NCBI GenBank assembly: GCA_039189765.1
Contig: JBCCYL010000001.1
Coordinates: 1-64,000 of the forward strand
Reading direction: 5' to 3'
Length of the DNA: 64,000 nt
Source of the DNA: Cyanobacteria bacterium P01_F01_bin.150
GTDB lineage: Bacteria; Cyanobacteriota; Cyanobacteriia; CAKZMO01
Position numbers and translations under genes: made by a program. The notes below the pieces were generated by a model. The model was not told the DNA's origin, searched no databases, and saw nothing but the letters and a program-made list of their open reading frames with translations. Shown here piece by piece: positions 60,901 to 64,000 of this stretch; the stretch's first letter is position 1; each line of letters begins with the position of its first letter.

Positions 60901-61071
60901 AAACGTTTGAGAGGTCTTGGGCGATCGCCCATCTTGAGCGGCTTGCTTATCTGCTTGCTTTGCTTTTTGCTGCTGCCCTTGCTTTTTCTTTTCCAGCAAC
61001 TGAGCTAATAATTGACGCTTTTGATCAGCGGAGAGATTAGAGATAGATTTTTGCCCTTGTCTTGAATTCAT
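51982..61071 (-). CDS. NRPS: C-A(Gly)-T-C-A(Ala)-T-E
   Basis: Codes DILQLGMIWK (Gly) and DLFNNALTYK (Ala); T motifs GGHSL and GGDSI; E-domain motifs HHLLVDGLSW, EGHGRE, RTVGW, FNYLGQ, TPSDFP. Confidence 0.93.
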   Translation of the reverse strand: MNSRQGQKSISNLSADQKRQLLAQLLEKKKQGQQQKAKQADKQAAQDGRSPKTSQTFPVSFAQQRLWFMDQLQPGSAAYHLPAAFRVTGQLDIAALEQSFNILIQRHEILRTRITVVDEQPVQEVMATQNLSLAIEEMPGEDQWESRQQQDRAVQTIIQTEAARPFDLAEGPLLRVRVFRLKSLQGSEPEYLLICTLHHIISDYWSMRSLIQELGRAYGAIKLDKPGAGLADLPIQYADYAVWQRQWLKGDRCQHQLDYWKQKLAQPPLSVELPTDFPRPMVQSFNGAMLSFSLPKTLTQKLNELSRHQGTTLYMTLLMGLKILLHRYSGQTDILIGSTVANRNRPELANLIGLFVNNLVFRSDLSGNPTVRSLLTQVRDTTLDAYANQDLPFEYLVEVLQPERHLHQNPLFQVMFILHNTPETTELKLPDLTLNYLPLDNQTARFDLSLDMVESPDGLVGNLEYNTDLFKASTIERMVGHFQTLLEAIVEDLDQPIAHLPLLTVAEKEQLGSYGVGELRSWGVGELWSYGVGEETPSALPTVHGWVEYWAGETPDAIAVGFGNFNLTYRQLNQEINQLAQHLISLEVQPDSLVGVCVERSLHMLIALLATHRAGAAYVPIDPTYPQERIQYVLKDAGIQTLIQDSNTQSQNFSSGDASQTEFKIQNCITLGVDKIEGRGQKAEPTPSPSQEGDRRGESLKSKIQNQPTPSPSQEGDRSSDNPKSKIQNLKSKIAYTIYTSGSTGNPKGVQISHGALANLLQSMTDTPGFEAKDKLLAVTTFSFDIAALELFLPLVCGGQVVIASQEDVRDGDRLFSLLNQHDITVMQATPATWRLLLASGWQGKSNLRVLCGGEALDTPLAAELLPKSQSLWNMYGPTETTIWSLCHQVTATNVEGKAAVPIGRAIANTELHVLDAYLQPVPVGIPGELYIGGAGVAIGYLNRAELTSERFVQKAEFKAEGRRQKAEEPTPSPSQEGNRTSPIPQLSNSPTLYKTGDFVRYREDGILEYLGRLDFQVKLRGFRIELGEIEVALGQHPQIQQAVVVLRWQDSDPMLVAYFISKAEIKAEGRRQKAEPTPSPSQEGDRNGQNPKSKIQNPKSSELREFLQKSLPTYMIPSVFVSMETLPLTPNGKVDRKSLPDPVVEPEMSLAQSYVEPSTDTEVKLAEIWTEVLSRDAVSIYDNFFELGGHSLLAARAIARIRQAFKLDIPLQKVFTAPTISGLAQEIEKYGQADGQSNDHAGATLAQAKRYRPDIEPINRDGELPLSFAQQRQWVLAQLEPDNPFYNIPVGLNISGELDMERLQQSMVALLDRHEGLRTTVETVDGRPQVSILEVPKSFGISEIDLMEYSEIEQKERVEAIAQQDAQKTLALDHGPLFRLSILHLAPTQHIALLTLHHLIADAWSIGVIVQDIAQFYAVSGNDALRLSPKTSYEADSPSKIQNLKSKIQYLDYAAWQRNWLKDEVLEEQLEYWRSHLHNSPPLLELPTDYPRPAVQTWHGASHSVHLPAELSQAVRQWSQKHGVTVFMTLLAVFNLLLQRYSDSDDIVVGSPVANRHHAEVERMVGCFANTLALRTDLSGHPSFAELVERVKQTTLDGYNHQDMPFEQIVDALQPERSLSHSPLFQVMFLLQNASMGTMELDGLSWQILDRDSGTAKFDLTLSVTEVKEDSTSVQGGDGQPSIGLVTRWEYNRDLFAADMIQRMAMHWQVLLERAIADSNQPISTLSILTVEEQQRILFEWNRLHLGPKRSQSLLGQFPAGDWELTPPQPSLRSPNTLREKQGEGVLVSPLTKEGLRGVELHGYFETQVERTPEAIALTFDRQQVTYQALNQRANQLAIYLQQLGIQPENLVGVCVDRSIEMIVAILAILKAGAAYVPLDPNYPTERLSWIIDDAQLSALIRRSDDARTTALLQSDQKSNAASVGSAHPTADAPIILEIDGDWDIQGQKAEIKAEGRRQKAEKPTPNPSQEGDRTSPTPQLPNSPTPQLSGQYPISNIQNSSLAYVIYTSGSTGRPKGVAIAHQNAIALVNWARNAFRAEQLAGVLASTSICFDLSVFEMFVPLSVGGTVVLVEDVLQLPELGEDAGLTLINTVPSAARALLAINGIPSTVTTVNLAGEPLPQTLVNQLYEQPHIQAVYNLYGPSEDTTYSTGAQVKAEGAKKAEGRRQKAEVKAEGRRQKDEPTRSASLTSKPSPSQEGDRSAPTPQPKSKIQNPKSATPPIGQPITGTQAYILDRHLQPVPVGVPGELYLAGAGVARGYLNRPDLTGDRFIPNPFMQRSRGSDQISATGQTLRKEPRDLGASGSLTLYKTGDRVLYRPNGDIEYLRRLDHQVKIRGFRIELGEIEAVLRQHPGVAQAVVNPWMDKENQHQQLVAYVVVKNAEDATPSALKKHLQRCIPDYMVPSTVMILDALPLTPNGKIDRRSLPAPEREANIAGESSESVQPQTEREGQLAEIWRSLLGLEQVGIHDNFFALGGDSILAIQAIAKARQVGIHLAPKQLFQYQTIAELAALESSELMLQAEQGLVVGSVPLNPIQRWFFEQEFAEAHHWNQAIMFESLEPIEPQILRQAVYQLLQYHDGLRSQFIRGSNGWQQVIVEKVPDVVTHIDLTTVLPEQQAVVIEQTSATLQSGFSLATGELMRVAVFETGQNTDQILIALHHLLVDGLSWRIILGDLQQIYRDLAQGQSPPLNPPLPRGETPILPLTKGELEGVLPPKSMSLPQWSQTLQDYIQSNQFVQERQYWTEIHRQLTDYSRTLPLDMQDGSNRVMDSSTISLTLTQEETNALLHKVPGAYQTQINDALLTALMMGLTDWSQSEALVIEMEGHGRELLTDSVDLSRTVGWLTSLFPVVLNRLQSKELGIILKSVKEQLREIPNQGIGYGLWRYLDAGQDLMAFNTDGIGLSGSKSLSPVRFNYLGQTDALWSDDVLLKPSQLSAGSLRSPRGDRGVILEINGLVTGGRLRLDWSYSNGLHRKETVYQVAESVMDYLRRLIDHCCDPDAGGYTPSDFPEMSLSQGELDDLLADL

Positions 61072-64000
61072 GATTCTCCTTCCTGACTTGATGCTTCATC
61101 CGCTAGCAACTGTTGCAACATGGCATTCATATCCTGCTCAGATAGCTCATCAAGATTGATATCCGCAGGCAATGGCTCGGACAGAGGTTCAGACAATGAC
61201 GTATCTGAGATCTCTGACCGTTGAGGGGCACGGCCAATGGGTTCCAGAGTAGCCTCCGCTGACTCGCTTTCGCTCTGAGCAGGAGATGTATCCAAAAGAT
61301 GCTGAATCATCTCGGCATGGTCAGCAATGGTGGCTCGCTCAAAGAACTGACGAATGGATAGCTCCACCGGAAATACCTGTCGTAGCTGGGCCAAGACCTG
61401 AGTTGCCGATAGGGAATTTCCACCCAAGTTAAAGAAATTCTCATGGACGCTAACGGGGCCATCAAGCTGGAGGGACTGCTGCCATATTTGGGCGATCGCC
61501 TCCTCCATCTCCGTTCGCGGAGCCACCATTTCAACGCTCTGCTGCCCCATTAAGTGCGTCGGATCGGGCAATGCGTTACGATCCACTTTGCCATTGGCTG
61601 TTAACGGCAAGCTTTCCATGGGGACAAAGTGCGTCGGCACCATATAGCTGGGCAATGTCTGCTGAAGAAATTCCCTTAGCTGCTCTTGTACGGCAGCAAG
61701 TGGGTCACCCCCTCCAACTCCGCCTTGCGAAGAAGGAAGACCTGAGCCTCCCCCTTTATTAACGGACGACTGGGAAACCTGAGGTTGCCATTGTTGACTC
61801 CATTCTGGGTCGATCGCACCGCCCACAAAGCTATGAAGCAAACAGTGGCTTTCAGACAGCTCAAAGCCCTGTTGGAACGGTGCAAATTCCAATGCTCCGA
61901 TAGGACATAATCCCAAGTCAAAATCAGGAGCGGTTTCCATTAGCAGTTGACTGATATAACCAGCCTCTAATAAACATAGGTCGCGGGATTTATCATCGTA
62001 GATGGGGGCGATCGCATCCAGTTCTCCCACTAAAAATACAGCAAAGGCCCCTTGGTCAAATACCTCCTGGTTGGTACCATAGCCCTTAACGGGCTGCTGG
62101 CTATCCTCGCTCACCTGAATTAAACAATGCTCCACAGGATGATAGTAGTAATAACCTGGAGCCAGATCCGTCATTCGTCCCGGTTTCACGTATACATAGG
62201 CTTGAACCGGGTATAAACTTCCTGCTGAGGCATAGCGATATTTGGGCAGAGGCGATTGAGGAAGAGGACGAGACATTAAACTGCCCAACCACTGGCTAAA
62301 GGGTTCCAAGCCAACGGCTGTATCTAAAAATCGACGATGGCTTTGACGCCTGATGTAGACATCTGTCTCCACCGCTGGTTTATGAAGCTGTACTTTGGTG
62401 GCGTTGGATGACGAAAACTGCCGCACTCCAGCTTGCTGAAGCTTAAACTCCAGTTTGGAGGCGGTATCTGCTGACGAATTCTTTTGAAGATTGACCTCTT
62501 CTTCCGGAACCACGTAAGCCACCAGCCGCTGCTGTTGCGGATTATCACCCACGGCAGTCACCACCACATCTTTAATCATAGGATGATGGTTAAGGGCCGT
62601 TTCAATTTCTCCCAGCTCAATCCGGTAGCCATTAACTTTTACCTGGAAATCATCCCGTCCCAAGAACTCAATAGTGCCATCCGGTAGATAGCGCCCCAGA
62701 TCTCCTGTGCGGTAGAGGCGATCGCCCGTCTCAGGATGCCTAATAAAGCTAGTGCTAGTTTTCTCTTCATTCTGCCAGTAGCCCTGGGCTAGACCAATAC
62801 CGCCAATATAAATATGTCCCGATACCCACACCGGACAAGATTCCAGCGCCTGATTCAACACATACATTTGCTGATTCCCTAAAGGCCGACCGTAAGGAAT
62901 ACTGGTCCACGCCGGATCAACAGCGTCAATCGGATGGAAAATTGACCAAATCGACGCTTCAGTTGCCCCCCCAAGGCTGATCACATTAGCATTGGGGAAC
63001 GTCGTTGTAATTTGCTCAGGCAGGGATAGGGGAATCCAGTCGCCGCTGAGGAGGACAAGACGGAGAGAATTCGGGATTTTAGATTTTAGATTTTGGATTT
63101 TGGATTCTCGTTGGAGAGTCAGGGAGTTGGGGAGTTGGGGAGTTGACGCACTCCGGTCCCCCTCTTGGGAGGGGTTAGGAGTGGGTTTCTCAGCAGAATT
63201 TTGAACCAGCAAATGCATCAAAGCAGGAACAGTATTCCAAACCGTAACGCCATGAGTCTGAATCAGATCGGCCCAATGAATCGGGTCGCGATCGCTCCCA
63301 GCATCCGGCAACACAATCGCTCCACCTGCCGCTAGTAGACCAAAGATATCGTAAACGGATAGATCAAAACTCAGGGAGGAAAGGGCCAGAACGCGATCGC
63401 GCACTCCCACCCCAAACCGCTGATTTATATCCAAGATCGTATTCACTGCACCTCGGTGGTCAATCATTACCCCTTTAGGCGTTCCGGTAGAGCCGGAGGT
63501 GTAGAGGATGTATGCAAGATCTGAATTTTGGATTTTAGATGTTGAATTTTGGCCCGTAGGTTGGGTTGACGCAAGGAAACCCAACGCCGCAATCTCTGCT
63601 ACATTCGGCAGATTCTTCCCAACGCTGTCATCTACAGGAATTGGTACAATATTATCGGGCCAATCTATCGCTGCCATTAACTGGGGCTGGGTCAGGACAT
63701 ATTTAATTTGGGTTTGTTGAAATAGTTGATGGATTCGCTCAATGGGCAAGTCTGGAGCAATGGGGACATAAGCTGCGCCGACGGTGAGAATAGCGATCGC
63801 CCCTACAATTTGCTCCCATCCTTTCTCCATCACAATGGCAACGCGTTTGGCTTCTCTTCGAGACACTTCGTGAACGCCATGCCTTCGGCAATCGCCCACT
63901 TGAATATCCTGGGATAGAAGACGTTGGGCAATGGTGAGGGCGCGATCGCTTACATCTTGATAGGTGAGAGTGCCATCAGAGGTAATGATCGCTGGGGTGT
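61068..64000 (-). CDS. NRPS (5'-truncated by window): A(Cys) with embedded oxidase domain, then T
   Basis: The frame stays open to the window edge (TPAIITSDGTLTYQDV...). Code DLYNLSLIWK (Cys); FMN oxidase motifs RRQSHRRF, KYRYASAGSLYPVQ, LLEAGYISQLL; GGNSL. Confidence 0.9.
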   Translation of the reverse strand, partial: TPAIITSDGTLTYQDVSDRALTIAQRLLSQDIQVGDCRRHGVHEVSRREAKRVAIVMEKGWEQIVGAIAILTVGAAYVPIAPDLPIERIHQLFQQTQIKYVLTQPQLMAAIDWPDNIVPIPVDDSVGKNLPNVAEIAALGFLASTQPTGQNSTSKIQNSDLAYILYTSGSTGTPKGVMIDHRGAVNTILDINQRFGVGVRDRVLALSSLSFDLSVYDIFGLLAAGGAIVLPDAGSDRDPIHWADLIQTHGVTVWNTVPALMHLLVQNSAEKPTPNPSQEGDRSASTPQLPNSLTLQRESKIQNLKSKIPNSLRLVLLSGDWIPLSLPEQITTTFPNANVISLGGATEASIWSIFHPIDAVDPAWTSIPYGRPLGNQQMYVLNQALESCPVWVSGHIYIGGIGLAQGYWQNEEKTSTSFIRHPETGDRLYRTGDLGRYLPDGTIEFLGRDDFQVKVNGYRIELGEIETALNHHPMIKDVVVTAVGDNPQQQRLVAYVVPEEEVNLQKNSSADTASKLEFKLQQAGVRQFSSSNATKVQLHKPAVETDVYIRRQSHRRFLDTAVGLEPFSQWLGSLMSRPLPQSPLPKYRYASAGSLYPVQAYVYVKPGRMTDLAPGYYYYHPVEHCLIQVSEDSQQPVKGYGTNQEVFDQGAFAVFLVGELDAIAPIYDDKSRDLCLLEAGYISQLLMETAPDFDLGLCPIGALEFAPFQQGFELSESHCLLHSFVGGAIDPEWSQQWQPQVSQSSVNKGGGSGLPSSQGGVGGGDPLAAVQEQLREFLQQTLPSYMVPTHFVPMESLPLTANGKVDRNALPDPTHLMGQQSVEMVAPRTEMEEAIAQIWQQSLQLDGPVSVHENFFNLGGNSLSATQVLAQLRQVFPVELSIRQFFERATIADHAEMIQHLLDTSPAQSESESAEATLEPIGRAPQRSEISDTSLSEPLSEPLPADINLDELSEQDMNAMLQQLLADEASSQEGES

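Noticed and set aside
61068..63899. Track start at 63899 for the Cys module
   Set aside because: The frame is open to base 64000 with A-domain sequence, so the true start lies outside the window.
1..64000. Abundant GCGATCGC octamer
   Set aside because: Ordinary cyanobacterial HIP1; useful for taxonomy but not novel.

Overview
Cyanobacterial DNA (dense HIP1 GCGATCGC octamers, heptamer tandem repeats) in which essentially every real gene is on the minus strand. Reading right to left there are three blocks. (1) ~64000-36462: the 3' half of an NRPS cluster, with Cys+oxidase, Gly, Ala+E, Ser and aromatic modules, followed by a CmlA-like beta-hydroxylase/docking/thioester-reductase fusion, a methyltransferase, a class III aminotransferase, MbtH, an unknown protein and a TyrH/LmbB2-like heme protein. 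This enzyme set suggests an anachelin/fabrubactin-type (tetrahydroquinolinium catechol) siderophore. (2) 36285-25226: an 'orphan' second baseplate module (gp25, baseplate J, gpI-like tail protein, fibre-base-like protein) with two output-less Cache-HAMP membrane sensors and an Ig-TM-WD40 protein, but no sheath, tube or spike of its own. (3) 24721-<1: an Afp/PVC-type contractile injection system (cap, cap adaptor, sheath, 2 tubes, plug, LysM, VgrG, PAAR, gp25, two baseplate proteins, short fibre, crown/fibre, tape measure) in an order resembling the Anabaena tCIS and AlgoCIS loci; two of its fibre-like proteins end in predicted transmembrane helices. The NRPS genes carry many in-frame insertions of small repeats that also occur intergenically. 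All family assignments come from motif recognition by eye; no searches were run.
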